Source: Candidatus Latescibacterota bacterium (GTDB taxonomy: Bacteria > Krumholzibacteriota > Krumholzibacteriia > WVZY01). Taken from it: a stretch of DNA of 64,000 bases. How positions within the stretch are numbered: position 1 is the first letter of the stretch; each line of letters starts with the position of its first letter. A model generated the notes under the pieces. The model was not told the DNA's origin, did not search any database, and saw nothing but the letters and a program-made list of their open reading frames with translations. The stretch lies in assembly GCA_963791045.1 (NCBI GenBank), contig CAWBQK010000017.1, positions 192,001 to 256,000 of the forward strand. Reading direction: 5' to 3'. The translations under genes were made by a program, and so were the position numbers. Shown here piece after piece: positions 47,467 through 58,195 of this stretch.

Positions 47467-49386
47467 ATGGACAAAGAGCTTACTTTTTACCCCGAATCTG
47501 AACGCACACGCGACCTCGTTTACACCGAGTATTCGAGCTGCAACCAGAGTATCCATCTCCTTCTTCAGGAAAGTCCCGGAGTTCAATACGAATTTCTTTT
47601 AAAGGCTTACCGGGAAATCATCTCAAGCTATCTCTCTTTCGAAACGCTCAATCTACCGATTGAATTCCTCAAGACACTCGTGCTGCGATTTGACCAGATG
47701 TGCGAGGAATGGGGATTGTCCGTCGACGATTGCAAGGGCATGGGGATTCACGTGCTCCTCAGGGCCGCGAATGCCGTTTACGTGATGACTTCACGGGAAA
47801 GCGATATTCTGCTTTGCCGGGAGGGCGAGCTGATGTCTCTCGAAGTCACCGGCGATGGAAGGGTGGAGCGGGTACGGGTAGACGATTCTGACGGGCAGGA
47901 AGAGCTGTTTCCACAAGCTCTGAGCGATGTATTCACGATAGTGAGGCTTGATCCGAAGTACGTGCGCGATATGGATCTTGCGCTGGGTTGCCGTGAAGAA
48001 GAAAAGGGAACCGTGCTCGAGGCGTTGGGCGGGCCGATGTGGCTTGAAGCGGGGCCGGCGGAGGAGAAGAGCGGTGAGAGGCGGATCGTCGTTTCGAAGT
48101 TTGTTTCCCGCAAGATCATTGTGGTTCGGTTTAAAGCGTTGGGGTATCTGGACGGCGCCGGGGCCGATAAATTGCCGGTCGGCGTGAGACGGAGCAGACC
48201 CCGGATCCCCATCAGGCGGCGGTTCGTTGTGGCCGGAGCGGCGGCGGTTGCTGCTGTCCTTATTGGAGTGCTGTGGACCGGCGAGATGAGTGGACCCGAG
48301 AAGTTGTCGGGTGACGAAAACATTTTGACGGAAAACCGGATCGACAGAAACGTAGTGGACGCGGAAACCGGTACGGCGACGAACGAGATGGCCCAGGAGA
48401 AAGTGTTCACGCTGACGGCCGGTTGGGAGAAGACGTACGACGATCAGGTGACGTCGTCGCCCGCACGATTCGACCGTTGGGTCGTGTTCGGTTGCCGGGA
48501 TGGGAATGTTTATGCCGTAGAGAGAGAAGTGGGGACGCTCGTATGGAAATTCAAGGCCACTGCGGGGGTAGGGACTTCCCCTGCTATCCAGGGTGAAAAT
48601 GTTCTGATCGCGGACTACAACGGAAATGTTTTTGCGATCTCAGGCCGGAACGGCACACAGGTGTGGCAGAGAAAACTTCCTATGAGGGTTGTCAGTTCGC
48701 CGATCGTGGCGGGGAACCACTTGCTCGTCGGTTGTTACGACGGTTACGCATATTGTCTCTCTGGTGAGGACGGCAGTGTGGTTTGGAAGCGTAAGACGCG
48801 GGGGCGCGTGCGCGCCACGGCGGCGACGGACGGGAACTCATTCTTCGTCCCGTCGTACGACGGGTATCTCTACGCGCTCGACGCTGGATCTGGCAGCATA
48901 CTGTGGCGTTCGAATATCGGCGGGCAACTGACCGGAGCGCCGGCCACGGTTGGGGGCAGAGTCGTTGTCGGAGCCCCGGATGGGCGCGTTCACTGTCTGG
49001 ACGCCGCGAGCGGGAATGTCAATTGGACCTATACGGCGGGTTCGGCGGTCAAAGCCGGAATCGCTATCTCGTCGGGGAAGGTATTTGCCGGCTCGAATGA
49101 TACGCATGTGCATTGCCTGAATCTCGCCGATGGAACGTTGAATTGGAAATATAAGACCGGCGATATCGTACTGTCCCGCCCATATATAAAAGGCGGAACA
49201 GTGTATGTGGGTTCTTATGATGGGTTTATGTACGCTCTGGACACCGGGTCGGGCGCCCTCCGTGACCGGTATGACACGGGCGGCGCGATCTTCTCGTCAC
49301 CGATCGCGGACGATGAAAATCTGTATTTTGGAACCAATCGAGGTAACTTTGTCTGTCTTCGCCACAACGCTGAGAAAACCTCATAA
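47467..49386 (+). CDS. Membrane-anchored PQQ/BamB-like beta-propeller with degenerate PP2C-like N-terminal domain
   Basis: TM at RRRFVVAGAAAVAAVLIGVLW; ~8 'SSPxxxGxxVxxGxxDGxxYALD..G...W' repeats. Confidence 0.85.
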   Translation: MDKELTFYPESERTRDLVYTEYSSCNQSIHLLLQESPGVQYEFLLKAYREIISSYLSFETLNLPIEFLKTLVLRFDQMCEEWGLSVDDCKGMGIHVLLRAANAVYVMTSRESDILLCREGELMSLEVTGDGRVERVRVDDSDGQEELFPQALSDVFTIVRLDPKYVRDMDLALGCREEEKGTVLEALGGPMWLEAGPAEEKSGERRIVVSKFVSRKIIVVRFKALGYLDGAGADKLPVGVRRSRPRIPIRRRFVVAGAAAVAAVLIGVLWTGEMSGPEKLSGDENILTENRIDRNVVDAETGTATNEMAQEKVFTLTAGWEKTYDDQVTSSPARFDRWVVFGCRDGNVYAVEREVGTLVWKFKATAGVGTSPAIQGENVLIADYNGNVFAISGRNGTQVWQRKLPMRVVSSPIVAGNHLLVGCYDGYAYCLSGEDGSVVWKRKTRGRVRATAATDGNSFFVPSYDGYLYALDAGSGSILWRSNIGGQLTGAPATVGGRVVVGAPDGRVHCLDAASGNVNWTYTAGSAVKAGIAISSGKVFAGSNDTHVHCLNLADGTLNWKYKTGDIVLSRPYIKGGTVYVGSYDGFMYALDTGSGALRDRYDTGGAIFSSPIADDENLYFGTNRGNFVCLRHNAEKTS

Positions 49387-49484
49387 TTCGCTTGCCTTGC
49401 CTTTTTGTTGGAATCCCTTTTCCATATTTGTGTACATCCTCATGGATGCCGATCAATACCTTATTCGCAAGGGGGACGCATAGG

Positions 49485-49685
49485 ATGCTCAAAGGTATCA
49501 TCAAGTTCTTCAACGACTCGAAGGGATACGGGTTTATTGAGAGCGACGAACGGGATTCGATTTTCGTGCACTATTCATCGATACAGCAAGATGGCTACCG
49601 GACACTGAGAGAAGGGGAAGAGGTCTGCTTTGAAATAAAGGATGGGCAGCGGGGTCCGGAAGCGGTCAACGTCAGCAAGATCTAA
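49485..49685 (+). CDS. Cold-shock protein
   Basis: KGIIKFFNDSKGYGFI..IFVHYS; 66 aa. Confidence 0.95.
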   Translation: MLKGIIKFFNDSKGYGFIESDERDSIFVHYSSIQQDGYRTLREGEEVCFEIKDGQRGPEAVNVSKI

Positions 49686-49825
49686 TCGGTTACCCTCCAT
49701 ATTTTGGCCGCCGGCATTTGATAAGCTCTTAGCCGGTCGACAACTTGCCAAACCTCGGCATTTCTGTTAGGTTGCATGCAGCTTAAAACAGTCGGCATGT
49801 AGCTAAAAACAAAAACTAATACATC

Positions 49826-52800
49826 ATGAAAAAGAATTTTCTTACCAAAATGTTCGGTTCGAAATCGGAGCGGGATTTCAAAAAATACCGGCCGATGCTT
49901 GAAGAGGTCAATCGATTTGCGGAGAGCTTTGACGGATTGTCGGAGGACGATTTCCCCGCGAAAACCCAGGAATTCAGACAGAGATACATCGAGGGCGAAG
50001 ATCTCGATGCGCTGCTCCCCGAAGCCTATGGTCTTGTGAAAGCTGCCTGCAAAATGCTCGTGGGTACGAGTTGGGATGTTTGCGGAATCGAAACCGAGTG
50101 GGCCATGGTGCCCTACGACGTGCAGATCGTTGGCGCGATCTCGCTTCGCAAGGGTTCGATCTCAGAGATGGCGACAGGTGAAGGCAAGACCCTGGCCGCG
50201 ACGATGCCCCTTTATTTGAACGCGCTCGCCGGAAAAGGCGCGCACCTCGTTACCGTCAACGATTACCTCGCCCAGCGCGATTCGGAGTGGATGGGACGTT
50301 TGTACCGATTCCTCGGACTCACGGTCGGGTGTGTTCAGGGTGAGATTCCGAACGAGCAACGCAAAGCCGCCTACGCCAAGGATATCACCTACGGTACCAA
50401 CAACGAGTTCGGGTTCGACTATCTTCGGGATAACATGAAGACCCGGCTCGAGGATAAGGTTCAACGCCCGCATTTTTACGCGATCGTGGATGAGGTGGAC
50501 AGTGTGTTGATCGACGAAGCGCGTACGCCGTTGATCATTTCCGGGCCGGTGACGGCGAGCGAATCATCCGAACTCTACCGGCTCCTCCGGCCAAAGGTCG
50601 AGCGGGTCGTCCAATCGCAGGCGCGGCTTATCAATAGTCTTGCCTCGTTCGCCGAAAAAGAAATGGAGAACGCCGACAGGGAAGACGAAGTCGCCCAGGC
50701 GCTTCTCAAGATTAGCCGCGGGGATCCGAAGAACAGCCGTTTCTTGAAATTGAGAAAGGAAACGGGTGTCGACAAAATGATTGCGCGCATGGAGGCCGAC
50801 CTGATGCGCGAAAAGAGTCTTCATCTTCTGGATGAAGAGCTCTTCTACGCGATCGACGAAAAAGGCAACATCATCAATCTAACGGACAAAGGGAGAGAGG
50901 CTCTCTCGCCCAACGACCCCGACCAGTTTGTTCTCCCCGATGTCAGCGAGGAAATCAACCGAATCGACGGGGACGACTCTCTGGATCCGGTTGAGAAGGT
51001 CAGGCAAAAAGACGACGTCTATCGCGGATATGCCGCCAAGTCGGACTCGATCCACAATTTCAATCAGTTGTTGAAAGCGTTTACATTGTTTCAGCGTGAT
51101 GTCGAGTACGTGGTCCAGGATGACCGTGTAATTATCGTCGATGAATTTACCGGGCGATTGATGCCCGGTCGCCGCTTTTCGGACGGTCTCCACCAGGCGC
51201 TCGAGGCCAAAGAAAATGTAAAGATCGAGGGCGAGACGCAAACTCTAGCTACCATTACACTTCAGAACTATTTCAGGATGTATGAGCGGTTGGCGGGGAT
51301 GACGGGCACGGCGGTGACGGAGGCGGCCGAATTCCATAAGATCTATACACTGGATGTGTCCGAGATTCCCACGAACGAGCCGATCCGTCGCATCGATTTT
51401 GACGACAGGATTTATCGAACCAAGCGGGAAAAGTACAACGCGCTCGCCGATGAGATTGTCCGTCTCAACGAGTTGGGTCTTCCCGTACTGGTTGGTACGG
51501 TGACGGTGGATGTGTCGGAACTCATCAGCCGGCTTCTCAAGCGCCGCGGGGTTAAACACAATGTTCTCAACGCCAAGTATCATCAGAAGGAAGCAGAAAT
51601 TGTCGCGGGTGCGGGTCGCGCAGGTGCGGTGACGATTGCGACAAACATGGCGGGCCGCGGAACCGATATCAAACTGGATCCATCGGTGGTCAAGTGCGAC
51701 ACGTGCGGAATAGGAAGCGGGAAGAAATCGTGGAAAACGAAGACGGGTGAAGAGGTGGACCCGACTGTTTGCGCGAAAGATGTACCCTGCGGTCTCCATA
51801 TTATAGGAACGGAAAGACACGAGGCGCGGCGGATCGACCGCCAGCTCCGCGGTCGCGCAGGACGTCAGGGTGATCCCGGGTCATCGCTGTTCTTTTTGTC
51901 CCTCGAAGATGACCTGATGCGTCTGTTCGGATCGGGTCGGATCTCGGGCGTAATGGACAAGATGGGTGTTGAGGATGGCGATGTGATCACGCACGGCCTG
52001 GTCACACGCGCGATAGAGAAAGCCCAGCAACGCGTGGAGAATTATAACTTCGATATCCGTAAGCGTTTGATCGATTACGACGACGTTATGAACAGGCAGC
52101 GCGAGGCGATTTATGGTCGCCGTGACGAGATCATCGGAGCGGAAGAACTCCGCGAAATTATTCTCGCGATGATCGATGACGTTATCGATTCAAAAATAAA
52201 CGGTTACATCAATCCAAAGGAACTCCCGGAAAACTGGCCGCTGGCCGAACTGTTCGGAGACCTCGAGGGAACGTTCCTGTTTTCGTTTCCGCCCATCGAG
52301 AAGGAAATCCAGGATGTCGGCGAGGAAGATGTCATCGAGTACCTCAAGCGGCGGTCGCGCGAGGCCCTCGACGCGCGGGAACGCTTTCTCGCGGAGGAGC
52401 TTGGGAGTGACGAAGTGGTGCGCGAGTTTGAGAAGTATGTTCTGCTCCAGACGATCGACGAAAAATGGATGGATCATCTGCACGAGCTCGATTACCTCAA
52501 AGACGGAATCCATTTCAGGGCCTATGCTCAAAAGGATCCCCTTATCGAATACAAGAAGGAGGCGTTCGCCCTCTTCGCGGAGTTGAACGACACCATCGAT
52601 CAGGATGCGCTACACGCATTTTTCCACGCGCGGATTGCGGCAAGAAAACAAAGCCGCCGTGACGTCTCCGCGGCACAGGCCGTCCACAAAGAGTCTCAGA
52701 TTTACGGAATGCAGGATGGTGGGGGGATGGGTGCCTCCGCGGCGACGGACGCGGCGCTCAAGAACCCCATCTCGGAAAATCCCGTCAGAAAACCCCAGGT

Positions 52801-52882
52801 CCGGGAGGTCGGGAAGGTCTCTCGGAACGACCCCTGTCCCTGCGGAAGTGGTAAGAAATACAAGAGATGCTGCGGTTCATAG
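49826..52882 (+). CDS. secA: Preprotein translocase ATPase SecA
   Basis: MATGEGKT, VDEVDSVLIDEARTPL, TNMAGRGTDI, QLRGRAGRQGDPG, SEC-C tail CPCGSGKKYKRCC. Confidence 0.99.
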   Translation: MKKNFLTKMFGSKSERDFKKYRPMLEEVNRFAESFDGLSEDDFPAKTQEFRQRYIEGEDLDALLPEAYGLVKAACKMLVGTSWDVCGIETEWAMVPYDVQIVGAISLRKGSISEMATGEGKTLAATMPLYLNALAGKGAHLVTVNDYLAQRDSEWMGRLYRFLGLTVGCVQGEIPNEQRKAAYAKDITYGTNNEFGFDYLRDNMKTRLEDKVQRPHFYAIVDEVDSVLIDEARTPLIISGPVTASESSELYRLLRPKVERVVQSQARLINSLASFAEKEMENADREDEVAQALLKISRGDPKNSRFLKLRKETGVDKMIARMEADLMREKSLHLLDEELFYAIDEKGNIINLTDKGREALSPNDPDQFVLPDVSEEINRIDGDDSLDPVEKVRQKDDVYRGYAAKSDSIHNFNQLLKAFTLFQRDVEYVVQDDRVIIVDEFTGRLMPGRRFSDGLHQALEAKENVKIEGETQTLATITLQNYFRMYERLAGMTGTAVTEAAEFHKIYTLDVSEIPTNEPIRRIDFDDRIYRTKREKYNALADEIVRLNELGLPVLVGTVTVDVSELISRLLKRRGVKHNVLNAKYHQKEAEIVAGAGRAGAVTIATNMAGRGTDIKLDPSVVKCDTCGIGSGKKSWKTKTGEEVDPTVCAKDVPCGLHIIGTERHEARRIDRQLRGRAGRQGDPGSSLFFLSLEDDLMRLFGSGRISGVMDKMGVEDGDVITHGLVTRAIEKAQQRVENYNFDIRKRLIDYDDVMNRQREAIYGRRDEIIGAEELREIILAMIDDVIDSKINGYINPKELPENWPLAELFGDLEGTFLFSFPPIEKEIQDVGEEDVIEYLKRRSREALDARERFLAEELGSDEVVREFEKYVLLQTIDEKWMDHLHELDYLKDGIHFRAYAQKDPLIEYKKEAFALFAELNDTIDQDALHAFFHARIAARKQSRRDVSAAQAVHKESQIYGMQDGGGMGASAATDAALKNPISENPVRKPQVREVGKVSRNDPCPCGSGKKYKRCCGS

Positions 52883-53030
52883 CTCCTCCACAGGCCTGTT
52901 TGGCCCCCCTCCAGCCCCCCTCAATAAAGGGCAAAATAGGGATTGCATCCCGACCGGGGATAGGTATATGTTTCTATGCCCAACTCAACTAGCATGGGAA
53001 TTGCAAGGGAGTCTCTGGAAGGGCAATAAA

Positions 53031-53480
53031 ATGGTAAGTCGTCTTATAGATCTGGTTGTTCTCGTTGCTGACCTGAGTCAGAACAAGGGCAAAACGCTTC
53101 AGGAGCTGGACAGCGAGCTCGTTGGACTCGGTTATTCGGCCGAGGAAATTGAGCACGCGATATTCTGGCTATCCTCGCAGTGGCAGCCATCCGCGCGTGC
53201 CCTCGGTGATATATTGAAGCCCGCGCACCGTGTTCTGAGCCCCTGGGAAGCGATGTGTCTCGACACTGACTCCTACGGTTATCTTCTCCGTCTCCAGAAT
53301 TTGGGAATCATCGATCTCGAGCAGTTCGAGACGATCATGACGAGAATTTTGCCGATAGGTGGCGAGAAATTGCCGCTGGGCGAGTTGAAAACACTTGCCG
53401 GGTCGATAATTTTTGATTTAGGTATTGAAGACACGGAAGACGATCTGTTTGATGCCGACGAGGCGGGGCAGATAACTTAA
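53031..53480 (+). CDS. DUF494/Smg family protein
   Basis: ELVGLGYSAEEIEHAIFWL..HRVLSPWE..YGYLLRLQNLGII; position upstream of topA. Confidence 0.85.
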   Translation: MVSRLIDLVVLVADLSQNKGKTLQELDSELVGLGYSAEEIEHAIFWLSSQWQPSARALGDILKPAHRVLSPWEAMCLDTDSYGYLLRLQNLGIIDLEQFETIMTRILPIGGEKLPLGELKTLAGSIIFDLGIEDTEDDLFDADEAGQIT

Positions 53481-53552
53481 TATAGGGCAACTAATTATAT
53501 AATTTAAACACGAACCGCAAGTCCAAGACTTGCGTGTCGCTTTATAAGGACA

Positions 53553-55760
53553 ATGGCAAAGCAATCCCTCGTAATCGTCGAGTCGCCCGCCAAGGCGAAC
53601 ACGATCAAAAAATTCCTCGGTAAGAACTTCAAAGTCATCGCGTCGGTCGGCCACGTGATGGATCTCCCCAAAAATGAGCTTGGTGTGGACATCGAAGAGG
53701 GCTTCGCGCCCAAGTATGTCGTTCCACGCGGCAAGCAGAAGGTTCTGACTCAGATAAAAAAAGACGCTAAGGGTTGCGACGAAGTGTTTCTCGCACTCGA
53801 TATGGATCGCGAAGGCGAGGCAATCGCATGGCATCTCCAGAATTTTCTCGAAAAGGTCCAGGGAAACTGCAAGCGGATTATTTTCAACGAAATCACTAAG
53901 TCGGCGATCATTGAGGCCATCGGCAACCCAATGGATGTCAATCAGCAGAAGGTCGACGCGCAGCAGGCGCGCCGTGTCCTGGACCGGCTGGTGGGCTATC
54001 AGATTAGTCCGATCCTCTGGCAAATATTTTATTATGGCTTGAGCGCGGGCCGTGTTCAGACCGTCGGTCTCAGGCTGGTCTGCGAGCGGGAGAACGAAAT
54101 TCGAGCGTTTGTGCCTGTTGAGTACTGGTCGATAGAGGCCCTTCTCCGCACAAAGGACGGGGGAGAAATCCCGGCGAAAGTAACCCACGTCAACGGCAAG
54201 AAAGCTGAACTCACGAAAAAAGAAGAGGTCGACCCCGTTCTCGCCGACCTCCGCAAGGCCGACTACGTCGTAAATGACGTAATCCGCAAAGAAAAGAAGA
54301 GAAACCCACAGCCTCCTTACATAACGAGTACGCTCCAGCGTGACGCGGCAAGGCGGCTTCGTTACTCCCCAAAGAAAATCATGATGATCGCCCAACAGCT
54401 CTATGAGGGGATCGATCTTGGGGCTGACGACAGGGTCGGGTTGATTACCTATATGCGTACCGATTCGGTACGGATATCCGACCAGGCTAAGGACGCGGCG
54501 AGGGATCTCATCAAGGACAAGTACGGCGAGGATTTCCTTCCGGAAAAACCAAAGGCGTATCGTCAGAAGAAAGACGCGCAGGACGCGCATGAAGCGATAC
54601 GGCCGACGGATGTCACACGTACTCCCGAGTCCGTCAAAGAGCATCTCAAAAAAGATCAATATGCCGTCTACGAGTTGATTTGGCGACGATTCATGGCCTC
54701 CCAGATGGCCAGCGCCCGCTATGACACTACCGAAGTGATGATCGGTGCGGGTGACCATCAGTTGAAGGCCAATGGACGGGTTATGACTTTCGCGGGTTTT
54801 CTCAATGTCTACGAAGAATCGATCAGTGACGGCGAAAACGAACTTCCCTCGGTCGAAAAGGGAGATGCTCTCGAACTCGGATCCGTAGATGGAACGCAGC
54901 ATTTTACCGAGCCGCCGCCTCGTTTTACCGAGGCGACCCTGATCAAGGAGCTCGAGGATGACGGTATTGGGAGACCGAGTACATATGCGGCGATCGTTTC
55001 GATTATCCAGGATCGGGACTACGTGTCCAAGGATGAGGGTCGATTGCGGCCGACAACTCTTGGTGAGCAGGTGTGGTTGACGCTCGAGGGGTTTTTCCCC
55101 GACCTGTTCGATACGAAGTTTACCGCGTTGATGGAGGCGGAGCTGGATCGAGTCGAGGGCGGCGAGGACACGTGGCAGAAGGTCGTCAATGATTTCTACA
55201 CACCGTTCCGCAAAGCGCTGGACAATATCGATGACCGCAAAGAGCGGATAAAAGATTCCCTCCAGGAAGAAACCGACATTGAGTGTGAAAAGTGCGGGAA
55301 AAAGCTCATCAAGAAGTGGGGGAGAAACGGGCAGTTTCTCGCGTGCCCCGCTTACCCCGACTGCAAGTTTTCTCGGCCGCTGGAGGAAGAGGCCGAGTCG
55401 CTCCGTCTCGACGCCGACTGTCCAAAATGCGGATCTAAACTCGTCGTCAAGGTCGGGAGGTACGGGCGATTTGCAGCCTGTGAAAAGTATCCCGACTGCA
55501 AGCACACCCAGTCGTACCCGATCGGAATGGCGTGCCCCAAACCGGAGTGTGACGGCCAGGTGGTCGAGAAAGTCACTCGGCGGGCAAAGCGTTTTTACGG
55601 GTGCAGCCGTTATCCGGACTGCGACTTCGCGACGTGGGACAAACCGGTTCCGACCGTGTGCTCGGCCTGCGGCAATCCGTACATCGTTGAGAAAATGTCG
55701 CAAAGCCGTGGTACCTACTTCAAGTGTCCGGTCTGCAAAGAAGAAGTCGCCCAAGACTAA
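53553..55760 (+). CDS. topA: DNA topoisomerase I
   Basis: VIVESPAKA, DREGEAI, SAGRVQ, ITYMRTDS, C-terminal zinc ribbons. Confidence 0.99.
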   Translation: MAKQSLVIVESPAKANTIKKFLGKNFKVIASVGHVMDLPKNELGVDIEEGFAPKYVVPRGKQKVLTQIKKDAKGCDEVFLALDMDREGEAIAWHLQNFLEKVQGNCKRIIFNEITKSAIIEAIGNPMDVNQQKVDAQQARRVLDRLVGYQISPILWQIFYYGLSAGRVQTVGLRLVCERENEIRAFVPVEYWSIEALLRTKDGGEIPAKVTHVNGKKAELTKKEEVDPVLADLRKADYVVNDVIRKEKKRNPQPPYITSTLQRDAARRLRYSPKKIMMIAQQLYEGIDLGADDRVGLITYMRTDSVRISDQAKDAARDLIKDKYGEDFLPEKPKAYRQKKDAQDAHEAIRPTDVTRTPESVKEHLKKDQYAVYELIWRRFMASQMASARYDTTEVMIGAGDHQLKANGRVMTFAGFLNVYEESISDGENELPSVEKGDALELGSVDGTQHFTEPPPRFTEATLIKELEDDGIGRPSTYAAIVSIIQDRDYVSKDEGRLRPTTLGEQVWLTLEGFFPDLFDTKFTALMEAELDRVEGGEDTWQKVVNDFYTPFRKALDNIDDRKERIKDSLQEETDIECEKCGKKLIKKWGRNGQFLACPAYPDCKFSRPLEEEAESLRLDADCPKCGSKLVVKVGRYGRFAACEKYPDCKHTQSYPIGMACPKPECDGQVVEKVTRRAKRFYGCSRYPDCDFATWDKPVPTVCSACGNPYIVEKMSQSRGTYFKCPVCKEEVAQD

Positions 55761-55763
55761 TCC

Positions 55764-57092
55764 ATGAAAAGTGTTTCTATCGTAGGTGGCGGACTGGCCG
55801 GATGTGAAGCGGCCTGGCAGCTAGCCGACCGTGGCGTGGCGGTTCGGCTCAGGGAAATGCGTCCCCGCGAAACCACGGAAGCGCACCGTTCGGACAACCT
55901 CGCGGAAATCGTCTGCACCAATTCCTTCAAATCAATACTTCCCGATACCGCCTCAGGAGTCTTGAAGGCTGAACTCGAACTTCTGGGTTGCCGTCTCCTT
56001 CGTGTCGCAAAGCAGACGAGCGTTCCGGCCGGTCACGCGTTGGCCGTTGACAGGGAGCGGTTTTCCGAAGCCGTAACGTCGGCGATCGAAAACCATCCAA
56101 ATATCACGGTTGAGAGAAGACGCCAGGACGATCTCGATATAGATTTGCCGGCGATTATTGCGACGGGTCCGTTGACGGCGGCGGCGCTCTCCGCTGCTCT
56201 CCAGGAACACTGCTCCAGCGAACACCTGTATTTCTACGACGCGATCGCACCGTCGATCGAGGGCGACTCGATAGATACCGGTGTGGGGTATGCGGCAAGC
56301 CGCTATGACAAAGGAACCGCGGATTATATCAACATCCCGTTCAACGAGTCCGAATACAAAGCGTTGATAGCCAGATTGAAGGATTCCGAGGTCGTGACCC
56401 CTCACGGGTTTGAAGATAAAAAGTATTTCGAGGCTTGTTTGCCAATCGAGGTGATGGCGGCCAGGGGTGAGGACACGGCGCGTTTCGGCCCCATGAGACC
56501 GCGCGGCCTTCCCGATCCGCGGACGGGACGTGAGCCCTACGCAGTCCTTCAGCTCAGACGCGAAAGCCAGTCGGGACATCTGCTCGGACTGGTCGGGTTC
56601 CAGACGAGATTGACATACGCCGCGCAGAAGGAAATGATTCGTTCGCTCCCTGGGTGCGCAAAGGCGAAAATACTCAGATACGGATCGATCCACCGAAACA
56701 TCTACCTCAACCTGCCCGCTCTTTGCTCGCCGTATCAGAGGGATACCTCGATCGGTGAGCTTTATTACGCCGGGCAGATTTGTGGGGTTGAAGGTTACGT
56801 GGAGTGTATTACGAGCGGACTTGTCGCCGCCCTGTCACTTTACGGCAGGCTGCGGGGTGTCGAACTCAAACCGTTTCCCGCAACGACCATGATAGGGTCG
56901 TTGATGAACCACATACATACTCCACTCGAAAACTTCCAGCCGATGAACGCCAATATGGGGATTTTGCCCAGGCGGGAAAAGATTCCGGGCGGGAGGCGGG
57001 CGAGGTACCTCGTGGCTTCGCAGCGGGCCATTTCGGAAATGTCGGCGTATCGCGAAGCCAACCCCGCGTTTTTCTCCACCGATGCCGGATGA
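55764..57092 (+). CDS. trmFO: Folate/FAD-dependent tRNA U54 methyltransferase
   Basis: GGGLAGCEAA, AEIVCTNS, LYFYDAIAP, VGFQT, AGQICGVEGY, FQPMNAN. Confidence 0.96.
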   Translation: MKSVSIVGGGLAGCEAAWQLADRGVAVRLREMRPRETTEAHRSDNLAEIVCTNSFKSILPDTASGVLKAELELLGCRLLRVAKQTSVPAGHALAVDRERFSEAVTSAIENHPNITVERRRQDDLDIDLPAIIATGPLTAAALSAALQEHCSSEHLYFYDAIAPSIEGDSIDTGVGYAASRYDKGTADYINIPFNESEYKALIARLKDSEVVTPHGFEDKKYFEACLPIEVMAARGEDTARFGPMRPRGLPDPRTGREPYAVLQLRRESQSGHLLGLVGFQTRLTYAAQKEMIRSLPGCAKAKILRYGSIHRNIYLNLPALCSPYQRDTSIGELYYAGQICGVEGYVECITSGLVAALSLYGRLRGVELKPFPATTMIGSLMNHIHTPLENFQPMNANMGILPRREKIPGGRRARYLVASQRAISEMSAYREANPAFFSTDAG

Positions 57093-57200
57093 CCTTCGGA
57101 TCCCCCTTTTCGAGATTTTCCTTAAATACCCGTCACAATTTGATATATATATAGTTATGTGCATTGTTGGCAGAACGGTCCTCGCAGCCGGATTTATCGA

Positions 57201-58121
57201 ATGAATATCGACGGAGCGATAGGCAAGTTTGAGTCGCACCTCTCGGCCGAGAGAGGGGTGTCGCCGAATACCGTTCGGGCCTATGTGACGGACCTTTCGC
57301 AGTTTGCCGAATACCTCGAACAGAAAACGGGGTCGGCGCCGAGTGTGATGGATATCGGTCTGTCGGAGGTAAGAGGGTTTCTGCGTGACCAGGTGAAACG
57401 CGGATTGACAGATACTTCGATGCTCAGAAAGATTTCATCACTCCGCGCGTTTTTCGCCTTTCTGCTGCGGCGCAAGGTCATAGCGGTCGATCCGACGCTT
57501 CATCTCGCACGACCGAGAAAAAGACGACGGATTCCGCCGATAATCAGCGAGGACAGCATCGAAAAGATGATGGATTCCCCGGAAAACGATGGGCTCATCG
57601 GTTTTCGTGACAGGGCGATCCTGGAGTTTCTTTACGGAACGGGTGTCCGTCTCAGTGAAATGATATCGCTGGATCTGGCGGATTTCGTGGATATTGAGGA
57701 GTCCCTCCGGATCGTGGGAAAAGGGGACAAGGAAAGAATCGTTCCATGGGGAGGCAAGGCGAGGGAGGCTTTTCTGGCGTACCAACGGGAGCGATTTGGC
57801 ATCGAGGGCACAGTGAAGGAAAGCGGTCTGGCAGAACACAAGACCCTCCCCGCATTTTCCACGAGGAAGAAACAACGGATCAGCCCGCGAACGGTGCAGA
57901 GAATCGTTGAAAAGTATCTGCGAAGAGTGTCGCTCGCAACATCACAAAGCCCTCACAGCTTGCGACACGCGTTTGCGACCCACTTGTTGAACAACGGAGC
58001 GGATCTTCGGGCGGTACAGGAACTTCTCGGACATGAGAGTCTATCTACCACACAGATCTATACCCACGTGTCAACGGCGAGACTCAAGGAAGTTTACAAG
58101 AAAACGCATCCACGTTCGTAG
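57201..58121 (+). CDS. xerC: Tyrosine recombinase XerC
   Basis: [44 protein letters not shown]; topA-trmFO-xerC-hslVU context. Confidence 0.92.
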   Translation: MNIDGAIGKFESHLSAERGVSPNTVRAYVTDLSQFAEYLEQKTGSAPSVMDIGLSEVRGFLRDQVKRGLTDTSMLRKISSLRAFFAFLLRRKVIAVDPTLHLARPRKRRRIPPIISEDSIEKMMDSPENDGLIGFRDRAILEFLYGTGVRLSEMISLDLADFVDIEESLRIVGKGDKERIVPWGGKAREAFLAYQRERFGIEGTVKESGLAEHKTLPAFSTRKKQRISPRTVQRIVEKYLRRVSLATSQSPHSLRHAFATHLLNNGADLRAVQELLGHESLSTTQIYTHVSTARLKEVYKKTHPRS

Positions 58122-58195
58122 GGGCTTTGTTTCCGGGAAGGGTCGTGGGTACGGTCCAAATTCCGGCGGCACGGCCACCAATAAAGAGGAAAACA

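Noticed and set aside
53418-55754. 778-aa minus-strand ORF (and similar long ORFs 14075..15100, 26774..27997, 32231..33247, 43982..45091)
   Set aside because: Antisense shadows of well-supported genes, expected at this codon bias; no motifs.
57201-58121. Tyrosine recombinase as a mobile-element integrase
   Set aside because: Lies in the conserved topA-trmFO-xerC-hslVU housekeeping block.
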